NCBI GenBank assembly: GCA_963777605.1
Contig: CAVZRV010000011.1
Location: 160,001 to 224,000, forward strand
Source: an uncultured Acidobacteriota bacterium
GTDB lineage: Bacteria; Acidobacteriota; UBA6911; RPQK01; JAPXNP01
DNA: 64,000 nt
Direction: 5' to 3'
Made by a program: the position numbers and the translations under genes. The notes beneath the pieces were generated by a model, which did not search any database, was not told where the DNA came from, and saw nothing but the letters and a program-made list of their open reading frames with translations. This document shows positions 20,655-30,350 of this stretch, piece by piece. How positions within the stretch are numbered: position 1 is the first letter of the stretch; every line of letters begins with the position of its first letter.

Positions 20655-22067
20655 TTAAGCAGACCAATCGGTGTGGAAAAACTTCCCGCGGGGCCGGTCC
20701 ACCCGTTCGTAAGTATGGGCTCCAAAGAAATCTCTCTGGGCCTGCAACAGATTGGCCGGCAAACGGTCGCAGCGGTAACTGTCGTAGTATGCAAGTGCAC
20801 TCGAGAAGGCTGGTACCGGGATTCCCCGCAGCACAGCGTAAGAGACCACGGATCGCCAGGCTTCCTGATTGTCATTGATCGCCGAACTGAAGTAGGCGTC
20901 CAGCAGCAGGTTGTTCAGGTCCGGCTCGCGGTCAAAAGCCGCCTTGATCCGGTTGAGGAATTGGGCCCGGATGATACAGCCCGCTCTCCATATCGAGGCG
21001 ATATCGCCGAACTGAAGCTTCATGCCGTACTCGTCCGAAGCAAACCGCATCATCTGAAAACCCTGGGCGTATGAGCAAATTTTCGAGGCATAAAGGGCGT
21101 GGCCAATCAGGTCCACCATCCTGGCACGGTCGACCGTTTCGCCCGTGGCAGGCGGAGCCTTCAGTACTCCGGCTGCTTCGACGCGCGCCTCCTTGAGGGC
21201 GCTGACAAACCTGGCAAAGACTGCTTCAGCGATGGTCGGGGCCGGAACCCCAAGATCCAAGGAGATCTGGCTGGTCCATTTTCCGGTGCCTTTCTGACCG
21301 GCGGTGTCGAGGATGACATCCACCATCGGCTGCCCGGTCTCGTCGTCATTCTTTCTCAGAATGGCTGCGGTGATCTCGATCAGATAGCTGTTCAATGTGC
21401 CCTGGTTCCAGCTTTCAAATACCTCCGCCATCTCGAGAGGCGTCAGGCCCAGTCCCCGCCGCATCAGGAAGTAGGCCTCACAGATCATCTGCATGTCACC
21501 GTACTCGATCCCGTTGTGGACCATTTTCACGAAATGGCCGGCACCACCCCTACCGATCCACTCGCAGCAAGGAGCTCCGTCATCGGCTTTGGCGGCGATG
21601 GCCTGGAGAACCGGTTTCAGCAGGGGCCAAGCCTCTTCGGCACCCCCCGGCATGATCGAAGGACCCCAGAGGGCGCCTTCCTCTCCACCGCTCACACCCG
21701 TACCGACATAGAGGATTCCCCGACTTCCCATCTCCTTCAATCGGCGCTCTGTGTCTTTAAAGAAGGAGTTCCCTCCGTCGATCAGGATGTCGCCGGAGTC
21801 GAGGGAACTGCTCAGGGCCTGGATCACATCATCGACCGGTTTTCCGGCCGGCACCATCATGAGAATCCGCCGGGGCTTCTCTAAAACGTTCAACAACTCG
21901 CCGATCGAATCGGCCGCGCGAAGGTTTTTCCCAGCTGAAGCCTTCTGGAACTCGATTCGTTTTTCTTCCGACAGGTCGAACCCGGCTACTCCGTATCCGT
22001 TTCGTTCGATGTTCAGTGCCAGGTTCCGGCCCATTACCCCAAGACCAATGACTGCTATTTGGTGCAT
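20655..22067 (-). CDS. gndA: 6-phosphogluconate dehydrogenase, decarboxylating
   Basis: GLGVMGRN, MVPAG, DGGNS, GVSGGEEGA, VKMVHNGIEYGDMQ, QAQRDFFGAHTYER. Confidence 0.97.
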   Translation of the reverse strand: MHQIAVIGLGVMGRNLALNIERNGYGVAGFDLSEEKRIEFQKASAGKNLRAADSIGELLNVLEKPRRILMMVPAGKPVDDVIQALSSSLDSGDILIDGGNSFFKDTERRLKEMGSRGILYVGTGVSGGEEGALWGPSIMPGGAEEAWPLLKPVLQAIAAKADDGAPCCEWIGRGGAGHFVKMVHNGIEYGDMQMICEAYFLMRRGLGLTPLEMAEVFESWNQGTLNSYLIEITAAILRKNDDETGQPMVDVILDTAGQKGTGKWTSQISLDLGVPAPTIAEAVFARFVSALKEARVEAAGVLKAPPATGETVDRARMVDLIGHALYASKICSYAQGFQMMRFASDEYGMKLQFGDIASIWRAGCIIRAQFLNRIKAAFDREPDLNNLLLDAYFSSAINDNQEAWRSVVSYAVLRGIPVPAFSSALAYYDSYRCDRLPANLLQAQRDFFGAHTYERVDRPRGKFFHTDWSA

Positions 22068-22290
22068 GATTCACATCTCTCTTTCGCTCGATCCCGAAAC
22101 CGCGATACCACACCCGGTCTCAGGCGGTTAAACCCTGTCTCATCTAGATTTAATGTTTTTTCGATCAACGTCAACTCCACCGTCGCCGAGTCCCACCGTC
22201 GAGCGGTACCAGTTCGGACCCGCTCCCGGCGTGGAGTTTCGGGCTCTCCTCCATGGACTCGCCTCCGGTGGATTTGGTAATTTGATCGGC

Positions 22291-23187
22291 ATGCGATCGA
22301 CCATTTCAATTGTGTTTACTGGAGTAGCGATTTTCCTTTTGGCAGCGGCGACTGTTGTGGCGCAAGTCCCGGATCGGCCGCTCAACATCATTGTGTTCGG
22401 CGCCCACCCCGACGACCCGGAAGAGGTGGGGGGCACCATGGCCAAGTTCATTCAGCAGGGCCATCACGTCCGCCTTGTCTCAATGACCAACGGCAATGCC
22501 GGGCACTTTTCCGAGGGGGGAGGACCTCTCGCTCAGCGCAGATACAAGGAGACTCAGTGTTCGGGCGGTATCATCGGTGCCGAATACGTGGTCATCGACA
22601 ACGATGACGGGAAACTGATCCCGAGTCTCGAGAATCGGGAAAAAGTAATTCAGCAGATTCGGAGCTTCAACGCTGACATCGTGATCTCTCCACGGCCCAA
22701 TGACTACCATCCGGATCACCGCAACACGGGCCTGCTCGTGCGCGATGCCGCCTACATGGTCACGGTCCCGAACATCGTTCCGCTGACTCCGCACCTGCGG
22801 AAGAACCCGGTGTTCATTTACACCTATGACCAGTTCACCGAGCCCTCTCCGTTCAAGCCCGACATCGTCGTCTCGATCGACGATACCATTCAGAAGAAAC
22901 TCGACATGTACAACTGCCACGTGTCGCAGGTCTACGAGTGGCTCCCCTACAACATGAACATGCTTGATCAGGTACCCAAGGATCCGAAGGATCGAAGGGC
23001 CTGGCTGGCAAAGGTCTGGGGTCCTCGTTCTTCCGAACCCGCCGACCAGTATCGGGACTTGCTGATCAAGCTCTACGGCAAGGAGAAGGGTTCGAAGGTC
23101 AAATACGCCGAGGCGTTTGAAGTATCTGAGTACGGACGGCAGCCGAAACTCGAAGAGCTCAAGCAGCTGTTCCCATTCTTCGAATAA
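22291..23187 (+). CDS. PIG-L/LmbE-family deacetylase with signal peptide
   Basis: GAHPDD and DYHPDH metal motifs after a Sec signal ending VVA-Q. Confidence 0.88.
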   Translation: MRSTISIVFTGVAIFLLAAATVVAQVPDRPLNIIVFGAHPDDPEEVGGTMAKFIQQGHHVRLVSMTNGNAGHFSEGGGPLAQRRYKETQCSGGIIGAEYVVIDNDDGKLIPSLENREKVIQQIRSFNADIVISPRPNDYHPDHRNTGLLVRDAAYMVTVPNIVPLTPHLRKNPVFIYTYDQFTEPSPFKPDIVVSIDDTIQKKLDMYNCHVSQVYEWLPYNMNMLDQVPKDPKDRRAWLAKVWGPRSSEPADQYRDLLIKLYGKEKGSKVKYAEAFEVSEYGRQPKLEELKQLFPFFE

Positions 23188-23248
23188 CTCTATATCCCGC
23201 TGGGATTTAACGGGAGATTTCCGGGGCCGGATGCCGGCCCCGCCTGCT

Positions 23249-23884
23249 TCATCCTTGCTCGAGGAGCGGGGTCCCCTCAAGTTGGCGAACCGCCCCAAGG
23301 ACGTCATTGAAATTGGTAAACGACTGGTGGGGAATTCCGTTTGCCCGGCAATGGGATTCCAGGAAACGTCCTGACTTTACGAAGAGGTGATCAACGAATG
23401 GCACGACTTCTACATCGGATGTCCCATCCCCGATGTAAACAACATTTCGGCTTGTATCGCCGGCCAGCAGCTTTCGCTTGTCATTTTCAGGACGCTCGAT
23501 GTAGCTCCAGCCGTCCGCTGAAGGGGTCACCGAGTGGGCATAAATCGGCAGGTCGAACGGCTCGAGAAAGAGGCGAACGACCGGCTCCATTCCCGAACTG
23601 ACGATCGTCAGCGGACTCCCGGTGTCCTTGCACCATTGGACGAAAGCCCCGAAGCCGGGGTCCAATGAGACCCTTTCCCGAAGCCGGGTCACCGCATCCT
23701 CCCAACTGACCTTCACGGTACCGAGTTCACGCCTGATTGCCTCGAAGACCGTGATCTTTCCCTGAACGATCAGGTCGAGGACCTCCCGCCTGAATTCGGG
23801 ACCCGCGCCAAACTGCTCGGTGAGGAAGACGATGGTATCGCGGTTCGTGATCGTGCCGTCGAAATCGCAATAGACCTGAAGCAT
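23249..23884 (-). CDS. MtnX-like HAD-IB phosphatase
   Basis: CDFDGTIT, IVSSG, K, YIGDGTSD. Confidence 0.85.
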   Translation of the reverse strand: MLQVYCDFDGTITNRDTIVFLTEQFGAGPEFRREVLDLIVQGKITVFEAIRRELGTVKVSWEDAVTRLRERVSLDPGFGAFVQWCKDTGSPLTIVSSGMEPVVRLFLEPFDLPIYAHSVTPSADGWSYIERPENDKRKLLAGDTSRNVVYIGDGTSDVEVVPFVDHLFVKSGRFLESHCRANGIPHQSFTNFNDVLGAVRQLEGTPLLEQG

Positions 23885-23971
23885 CCCGGACAAGGTAACA
23901 TAGGAGCCTTGAGAAAGTGTTGAGGCAGTCACCTGCGGGTGACCCGAGAGAGTAAAGCAGGAGGGTCCGAG

Positions 23972-24443
23972 ATGAGTTTGCGAGAACAGATCCAGACCGA
24001 CATGAAGGCCGCCATGAAGTCGGGCGACAAGCTTCGCCTCAGCACGCTTCGAATGATCCGATCCCGCATCCTCGAGCGGGAGGTGGAATTGCGGACAAAG
24101 AAGGGCCGGGACTACCACCTTGGCGACAGCGAAACCCAGGACGTCCTAAACAGCTATGCGAAGCAGCGTCGACAGTCGATCGAGAGTTACGTCGAGGGCG
24201 GCCGGGATGCGCTGGCCGAGAAGGAACGGGCGGAACTGGCAATCGTGAATGAGTACCTTCCCCGCCGCTCTTGATGCCGCAGCGATCGAAGCCCTCGTCG
24301 ATCGGGTCGTGACCAAAACCGGGGCCAGCAGCCTCAAGGACCTCGGTGTCGTCATGAAGCGCGTCATGGCGGAAGCCAAAGGCACAGTGGACGGCAAGAC
24401 GGTGAACGAAATTGTGAAACGGCGCCTTCTGAGCCAGAAATAG
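23972..24443 (+). CDS. GatB/YqeY domain protein (+1 frame break in CCCC 24260-24263)
   Basis: MSLREQIQTDMKAAMKSGDK...KQRRQSIESY...EYLP continues as ..LD...KDLGVVM...VDGKTV in the +1 frame. Confidence 0.88.
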
Positions 24444-24697
24444 ACAAAAATGGCGGACAACCCGACTCTTCCTCCATTTCTGTAGGATTCGAATCCGCGG
24501 CACCGCGGGGCCTTCGCCCTAAACTGTTGAATCGAAAGTTGCGAGCGCTGACCAGGTCAACCTGATCGACGGCCCTTCGAAAAGCCTCACACCTTCCAGC
24601 CAGTCACGCATCCCGCCAAGACGGAGCCACGTTCCTTCCAACAGTGGCCTGGCGAAGCCGCTCAGTCCGCTTTCAGCTCCCCACTTCCTTTAGATGC

Positions 24698-24739
24698 TAC
24701 ATTTTTGTAACTTCAGATCTCCAAAAAACACAAAATTGT
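24698..24739. promoter_or_regulatory. tandem ACA-N4-TGT palindromes, candidate enhancer for a sigma54 activator
   Basis: TACATTTTTGTA (24698-24709) and ACAAAATTGT (24730-24739); the cores are 31 bp apart and about 70-110 bp upstream of the -24 element. Confidence 0.55.
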
Positions 24740-24809
24740 CATCTCCATTTTTACCGAATAATCCTCCTAACTGATTTATTCCCAACATTTATTCAGAGCG
24801 ACAGTTGGC

Positions 24810-24825
24810 TGGCACGGCAACTGCT
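24810..24825 (+). promoter_or_regulatory. sigma54 (-24/-12) promoter of amtB
   Basis: TGGCAC-GGCAA-CTGCT with exact GG-N10-GC spacing, 85 bp before the amtB ATG. Confidence 0.8.
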
Positions 24826-24910
24826 AGATGGGCCGCAGAGTTTTGTAGATAAACCGGGTCCGCGGATCGCTTCCGGCCCCAGACTAACCAGTAGGAGGAA
24901 GAATTAGGAA

Positions 24911-26209
24911 ATGGATGCTGAAACCAAGGTAGTGCTCGATACTCTTTGGGTCATTCTGGCCGCTTGTCTGGTGTTCTTCATGAACGCCGGGTTCGGAATG
25001 CTGGAAACCGGCTTCTGCCGGGCCAAGAATGCCGTCAACATTCTCGCCAAGAACTTCATCGTGTTCTCCGTTTCTGCCATCGCCTTCTGGGCCATTGGCT
25101 TTGCCGTCATGTTCGGTGACGGAAACAGCCTGCTCGGCTACGCCGGGTGGTTCTTGTTTGGTCCGGACAACAGCCCGGCGCTCGAAGGGGCATACTCAGG
25201 CGTTTTCTCATCGCTGGCCTGGACCGGCGTCCCCCTGACCGCCAAATTCTTCTTTCAGCTTGCCTTCGCCGCTACTGCCGCAACAATCGTCAGTGGCGCC
25301 GTCGCCGAGCGCATTAAGTTTTTGAGCTACGTTGCATTCTCGTTCGTCCTGGTCGCGGTGGTCTACCCCATCGAGGGTCATTGGGTATGGGGCGGCGGCT
25401 GGCTATCGAGCCTCGGGTTCGCCGACTTTGCCGGCTCTACGGTCGTTCACAGTGTTGGGGGATGGGCGGCTCTAACCGGGGCAATTATTCTGGGCGCCCG
25501 GGAAGGCAAGTACACTGCCGATGGCCAGGTTCGTCCGATTCCCGGACACAACATGGCCTTCGCCACGCTGGGGACCTTCATCCTCTGGCTGGGGTGGTTC
25601 GGGTTCAACGCGGGCAGCACGATGGCAGCGGACCCGGCCGCGATCTCCGTGATCTCGGTGAACACGTTCATGGCTGCTGCGGCAGGCTGCCTAATGGCGA
25701 CAGTCACCGCCTGGCTCGTGATTGGAAAACCCGATCTCAGCATGATCCTGAACGGTACGCTCGCCGGGCTCGTGGCCATCACCGCTCCCTGCAACGCGGT
25801 TTCGATCGCCAGTTCTGTTCTCATCGGAACGGTGGCAGGAAGCCTGGTAGTCTTCGCCGTTCTCTTTTTTGACCGAGTTCGCATCGACGACCCGGTTGGC
25901 GCACTCAGCGTCCACCTGGTGAACGGTGTCTGGGGCACGCTCGCAGTCGGCCTGTTCGCAGCCGACACCGGTCTTCTCATGGGAGGAGGAATGAGTCTCC
26001 TGGTAACCCAGTTGATCGGCATCGTCGCAATCGGCGCCCTGGCCGTCACTACGAGCACAGCAACCTGGTATGCCATCAAGTTAACGATTGGGCTTCGCGT
26101 TTCGCCGGATGAAGAGCGCGAGGGCCTCGATATCGGAGAACACGGACTCGAAGCGTACCCTGGATTCACCCAGAACCCGCCTGAACCTGAAGCTCTTGAA
26201 ATCGCGTGA
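24911..26209 (+). CDS. amtB: ammonium transporter
   Basis: [47 protein letters not shown]; twin His and Phe gate intact; SD AGGAGG. Confidence 0.96.
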   Translation: MDAETKVVLDTLWVILAACLVFFMNAGFGMLETGFCRAKNAVNILAKNFIVFSVSAIAFWAIGFAVMFGDGNSLLGYAGWFLFGPDNSPALEGAYSGVFSSLAWTGVPLTAKFFFQLAFAATAATIVSGAVAERIKFLSYVAFSFVLVAVVYPIEGHWVWGGGWLSSLGFADFAGSTVVHSVGGWAALTGAIILGAREGKYTADGQVRPIPGHNMAFATLGTFILWLGWFGFNAGSTMAADPAAISVISVNTFMAAAAGCLMATVTAWLVIGKPDLSMILNGTLAGLVAITAPCNAVSIASSVLIGTVAGSLVVFAVLFFDRVRIDDPVGALSVHLVNGVWGTLAVGLFAADTGLLMGGGMSLLVTQLIGIVAIGALAVTTSTATWYAIKLTIGLRVSPDEEREGLDIGEHGLEAYPGFTQNPPEPEALEIA

Positions 26210-26391
26210 GCGGTTTCAAGGAATAACGACCGGGCCTTCGGGCCCGGTTCCAACCACCTCTTTCGGGCCCAAGCCCACCTGATCTTACTGGATTTCCCTT
26301 TCGGGCCTGAATGGAAGTTCGCACAAAAAAGGCCCATTCGCTGCCGCCACAGCGGATGAGCCCGAACCATCACCAACATGAGGAGCAAGCG

Positions 26392-27276
26392 ATGGAACGA
26401 AAAGTATTTTATCACACGGTGCTCTGCCTGGTGTTGATAGCCATCTCAACCCAGTTCTCCGCTGCCGAGGACGAAGCGAAGATTCCGTTGAGCTTTTCGG
26501 CTGACTTGGCCGCGAGCAGCAAGTACATCTGGAGAGGGCAGCGACTCACAGACGGCTGGAGCCTCCAGCCCGCCGGCACCCTCGGAATCGGTGACTTCAG
26601 CTTGAACGTCTGGGGCAACATGGACCTGGAAGCCGTCAACGAGGGCGACGCTCTCTTCCTGAAGGGCAATCCCACGGCCCCCGCCGGTGACAACAACGGC
26701 CTGCAGGGTCACTTCTCAGAAGTCGACTACACGTTCTCCTACGCCATCCCTTTGAAGAACGTCGGCCTCGAAACCGGCGCGATCGTCTACACCTTTCCGG
26801 AGCGCTCGGCCTCGCTTCCCTCTACGGTGGAGATCTACTCCGGGATCAACTTCGAAATGCTGCCCCTTTCCCCAGCGGCAACGCTCTACATCGACGTTGA
26901 TGAAAGCCACAAGGGAGCAGGCTCGACGGGGCTCTACTTCGTCCTCGGGGCATCTCACATGATCACGTTCGGAAGGCCGAGATTTCCCGGGCTAGAGTTG
27001 GATGGCACGCTGGCGTTCGTCAACAAAGGCTTCGGGGAGTTCTACTACGGCGCGTCACAAGCCGGTGCTCACGACGTCTCCTTGACTCTCAACCTGCCCA
27101 TCAATCTAGGCGAAAGCCTCTCTGCCGGCGCCTTTCTTTCCTACGCTGCCCTCCTGGGCGACTTCCGCGACTTCCAGTACCTGAGCGCCAGAACCCTGTA
27201 CCTGGGGAAACCCGTGAGTCCGGCAACCGCTGCCGACAGCGTCTTCGGGGGGCTCAGCCTGAATCTGGAATTTTGA
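26392..27276 (+). CDS. TorF/Gcw_chp-like putative outer-membrane porin
   Basis: Signal peptide, SKYIWRG, LQP, VWGNMDL, EVDYTFSY, amphipathic strands, C-terminal LSLNLEF beta-signal. Confidence 0.75.
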   Translation: MERKVFYHTVLCLVLIAISTQFSAAEDEAKIPLSFSADLAASSKYIWRGQRLTDGWSLQPAGTLGIGDFSLNVWGNMDLEAVNEGDALFLKGNPTAPAGDNNGLQGHFSEVDYTFSYAIPLKNVGLETGAIVYTFPERSASLPSTVEIYSGINFEMLPLSPAATLYIDVDESHKGAGSTGLYFVLGASHMITFGRPRFPGLELDGTLAFVNKGFGEFYYGASQAGAHDVSLTLNLPINLGESLSAGAFLSYAALLGDFRDFQYLSARTLYLGKPVSPATAADSVFGGLSLNLEF

Positions 27277-27305
27277 CCGGAGATGTCGAAAAGAGGCCGC
27301 AGCCA

Positions 27306-28853
27306 TCATCGAAAGCGCTGGCAGTCGATTCGGTATTTTCTGACTTTGTACCCAATGATGCGCTCCGTCGTCACCAGCAACCGGGCCGCCTTGGCCCGGT
27401 TGCCCCGGGTACTTTTCAGCGCGTCCTGGATGAGGTCCTTCTCATAGGCCGCTACCGCCTCGTTCAGGTCAATTGTCGAGAGAGTTCCGGAAGCTTCGGC
27501 GGTCTGCAGCGTCGGCGGCAGGTGATGGGCGTGAATCACATGGCCGTCGCAGACCAGGACCGCCCGTTCGATGGCGTTTTCGAGTTCGCGGACGTTGCCC
27601 GGCCAGTGGTAGCTCACCAGCATGTCGATCGCGGGAGTAGAGATCCGGCGGATGTTCTTGCCATGTTCGCGACTGTACTTCTCCAGGAAGTGGTCCGCCA
27701 GAAGCAGAATGTCGGACTTCCGCTCCCTCATGGGAGGAACAAAGACAGTGAACACGTTGAGCCGGTAGTAGAGGTCTTCTCGAAAGGTCCCCTGGGTGAT
27801 GGCTTCTTCAATGTTCTTGTTGGTCGCGGCGATCAGCCGGACATTCGTCCGCAGGGTCTGGGTGCCGCCAACCCGCTCGAACTCCCGTTCCTGTAGAACT
27901 CGGAGCAGCTTCACCTGAAGCGGGGTCGCCAGGTCTCCGATCTCATCGAGGAAAAGGGTGCCTCCATCGGCCAGTTCGAAACGTCCTTTCTTCTGGGCCA
28001 TCGCTCCCGTGAACGCTCCCTTTTCGTGACCGAACAGTTCGGCCTCGATCAGGGTCTCGGGAAGCGCCGCACAGCTGACTCGAATGAAAGGCTTCTGGGA
28101 GCGCAACGAATTGTAGTGGATGGCGTGGGCGATCAACTCCTTGCCGGTTCCCGATTCACCCCGAATCAGGACCGTTGTGTTGCTCCGCGCCACCTGTGTA
28201 ATCCGTTCATAGACTTCCCTCATGGCGCTGCTGTTGCCGATCAGGTTGGAGAAATCGTAGCGAGACTTGAGTTCCTCTCGAAGATGGATGTTCTCTTCCA
28301 GGAGATCATTGCGCTCCGTTTCAACCAACCGGTTGATCGTGACCGCCTGGGCAACGGTCGAAGCAACAACCTGCACAAAGCTCAGCGCTCGGTTATAGTT
28401 TCGGTCGCCCGAAAAATGGAGCTCCATGGCAATCGCACCAACCGATTGGCTGGCGAGCAGGAGAGGGACACAAACGAAAGAGTACTCTTGGCCACGGCGC
28501 CGGCCCGCACCGGAAATCATCGGCTCGATGCTGGTCTTGGGGACCACAACAGGCCGACCGCTTTCGTACACTCGTTCGATAATTTCCCGGCCCGAGTGAA
28601 TCATGCCGGGCGTCGGGGATTTACGGGCGGGATCGGGCACGACGAGACGCTCGCCATCAAGTCCTTCGAGGATGATCAAGGCCGACGAGATACTGGAGTG
28701 CTGTTCCAGAATCGAAACCACCTGCTGAAGCGATCCCTCGAGGTGCAACGTATCGGTGAGCGCTTGACTGATTTCGAGGAGCGTCGCCAATCTCCGCACT
28801 TCAGCGGCCTGTCCCTCCACGAGATCACCCTTCTCCATTCTGTCCTGCGCCAT
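27306..28853 (-). CDS. NifA-like GAF-AAA+-Fis sigma54 activator
   Basis: GAF (SFVCVPLL), [49 protein letters not shown]; SD GGGAGG. Confidence 0.93.
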   Translation of the reverse strand: MAQDRMEKGDLVEGQAAEVRRLATLLEISQALTDTLHLEGSLQQVVSILEQHSSISSALIILEGLDGERLVVPDPARKSPTPGMIHSGREIIERVYESGRPVVVPKTSIEPMISGAGRRRGQEYSFVCVPLLLASQSVGAIAMELHFSGDRNYNRALSFVQVVASTVAQAVTINRLVETERNDLLEENIHLREELKSRYDFSNLIGNSSAMREVYERITQVARSNTTVLIRGESGTGKELIAHAIHYNSLRSQKPFIRVSCAALPETLIEAELFGHEKGAFTGAMAQKKGRFELADGGTLFLDEIGDLATPLQVKLLRVLQEREFERVGGTQTLRTNVRLIAATNKNIEEAITQGTFREDLYYRLNVFTVFVPPMRERKSDILLLADHFLEKYSREHGKNIRRISTPAIDMLVSYHWPGNVRELENAIERAVLVCDGHVIHAHHLPPTLQTAEASGTLSTIDLNEAVAAYEKDLIQDALKSTRGNRAKAARLLVTTERIIGYKVRKYRIDCQRFR

Positions 28854-29051
28854 GCGCCTCCCTGAACCTCCAAAGTGATATTGACCAGTGAATTTACCAC
28901 ACTGTACCTTTCCCGCGTGACATTCAGCCATTTTTCGAGTGACAACTCGTCCGATTATGGACGGATTTCCACTCTTCGTAACCGTACAACATGCAATAGT
29001 TCACCACTGCACGGATTTGGCTGCCCTGAAACTGGGAATCGGAGTCTAAGA

Positions 29052-30149
29052 TCACTCCCGGGGTCGACGACGAACCAGTATTGCATCGGAGACGGGCCGC
29101 TCACCGGTCAGATCGGATGGTTGATTCAGAACCTGTCCAAAAAGAACGAACGTCGAGGAACCACCGCCGTCCAGGTTGATCGCATTGACGCAACCCAGCG
29201 ACCCCATCAATTCCGTCAACTCCGCAAGGCTCATTCCCAGGCTGACCCCGGGTCGGCGCCCATCGACCACAACAAAGACCCAGAACCCGTCCGGACGGAT
29301 CCCGACTGCGGTTCGAGGGTGCCGGTTCAGGACGAAACTCTCCTGAACCCGCTCAACTTCGTAGCTGTCCACAATCTTGCCGTCCCGAATCAGGAGGGGA
29401 GTGCCGCCGACAATGTAGTCCAGATCCTTCCACCTACCAGGCTCCCCCCCTTCATCCGGAGAGGAGAGGCGAAACGAGGTCGAAACCTGCTGCCCAACAC
29501 AGTCCGGCGGAGTCCGAGTGGCGACACGGCTTCCGAAGGAAATGACCATTCCTCCCTCGGGTATTGCAGCGTTGCCTTCTGACACCATTTCCATTACCCG
29601 CCCGTCGGCGGAAACCAGCAACTCCCGCCCGCCGCCGTGGGTCAATGTCGACTCGTGAAAACCATCGACATAAAGGACGACCTGGTAGGCCCCTCGTTCC
29701 CGGTTGATCCCGTCGATCTTGAAGTTCTCCTCACCGATCTTCACCTCCCAGCGCATCGACAGGCGCCCTATCCTCACCTTCCGACCATCTTCACTCCAGC
29801 CCAGCGCAGCCCTCGGCAATGCCGGATCGGAATACCAGTCGTCGTTGATTTTGAGAACTCCAACGGGTTCGCCGTCATACTCACTGCCAACCCTGAAGAA
29901 TCCACTGTTGACGGCCAGAAACGCTCCGCTCCGGTGGGCCAGTGACGAAACGGTCTCGCGGCCCAGGCCTTTGTCACGGGCCCGAACCGCCTCGATCCTG
30001 AAGCGAGTGGGATCGACTACGGCAACGTGGATCGACCACGGTTCGTTGCTCGATCGATGCTCATAAGAGAAACCCTCTTCGGCGCGTGCCTGCACCGCAA
30101 GCGCCGCCAACACGATCAGAAAGAGACGAATCTTCCACGCAACTCTCAT
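29052..30149 (-). CDS. exported phosphodiester glycosidase (NAGPA-like) family protein
   Basis: Signal peptide, AVNSGFF, HPRTAVG, VVDGR, AINLDGGGSS, ERPVSDAI. Confidence 0.88.
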   Translation of the reverse strand: MRVAWKIRLFLIVLAALAVQARAEEGFSYEHRSSNEPWSIHVAVVDPTRFRIEAVRARDKGLGRETVSSLAHRSGAFLAVNSGFFRVGSEYDGEPVGVLKINDDWYSDPALPRAALGWSEDGRKVRIGRLSMRWEVKIGEENFKIDGINRERGAYQVVLYVDGFHESTLTHGGGRELLVSADGRVMEMVSEGNAAIPEGGMVISFGSRVATRTPPDCVGQQVSTSFRLSSPDEGGEPGRWKDLDYIVGGTPLLIRDGKIVDSYEVERVQESFVLNRHPRTAVGIRPDGFWVFVVVDGRRPGVSLGMSLAELTELMGSLGCVNAINLDGGGSSTFVLFGQVLNQPSDLTGERPVSDAILVRRRPRE

Positions 30150-30350
30150 AGGTCAGCCCTCATCCTCCTTGGTGGGAGCGGAACGGGTCTCATTGTCGAT
30201 TGTACGATGTTGGTCTGCAAGCGGTCGTGGACATCCAGTCAGCGACGCCCCCGGAACAGGGCGGAGGTCACTGTTGGACAGCCCTCCTTGTTTCAAAACG
30301 GCACGGTTTCTTAGAATAGACCCGTTCCCGAAAGAGCAGGGCAAACTGTT

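Noticed and set aside
27306-28853. Nitrogen fixation inferred from the NifA-like regulator
   Set aside because: There are no nif genes in the window and no TGT-N10-ACA site was seen at the amtB promoter. GAF-AAA+-HTH architecture is not nif-specific.
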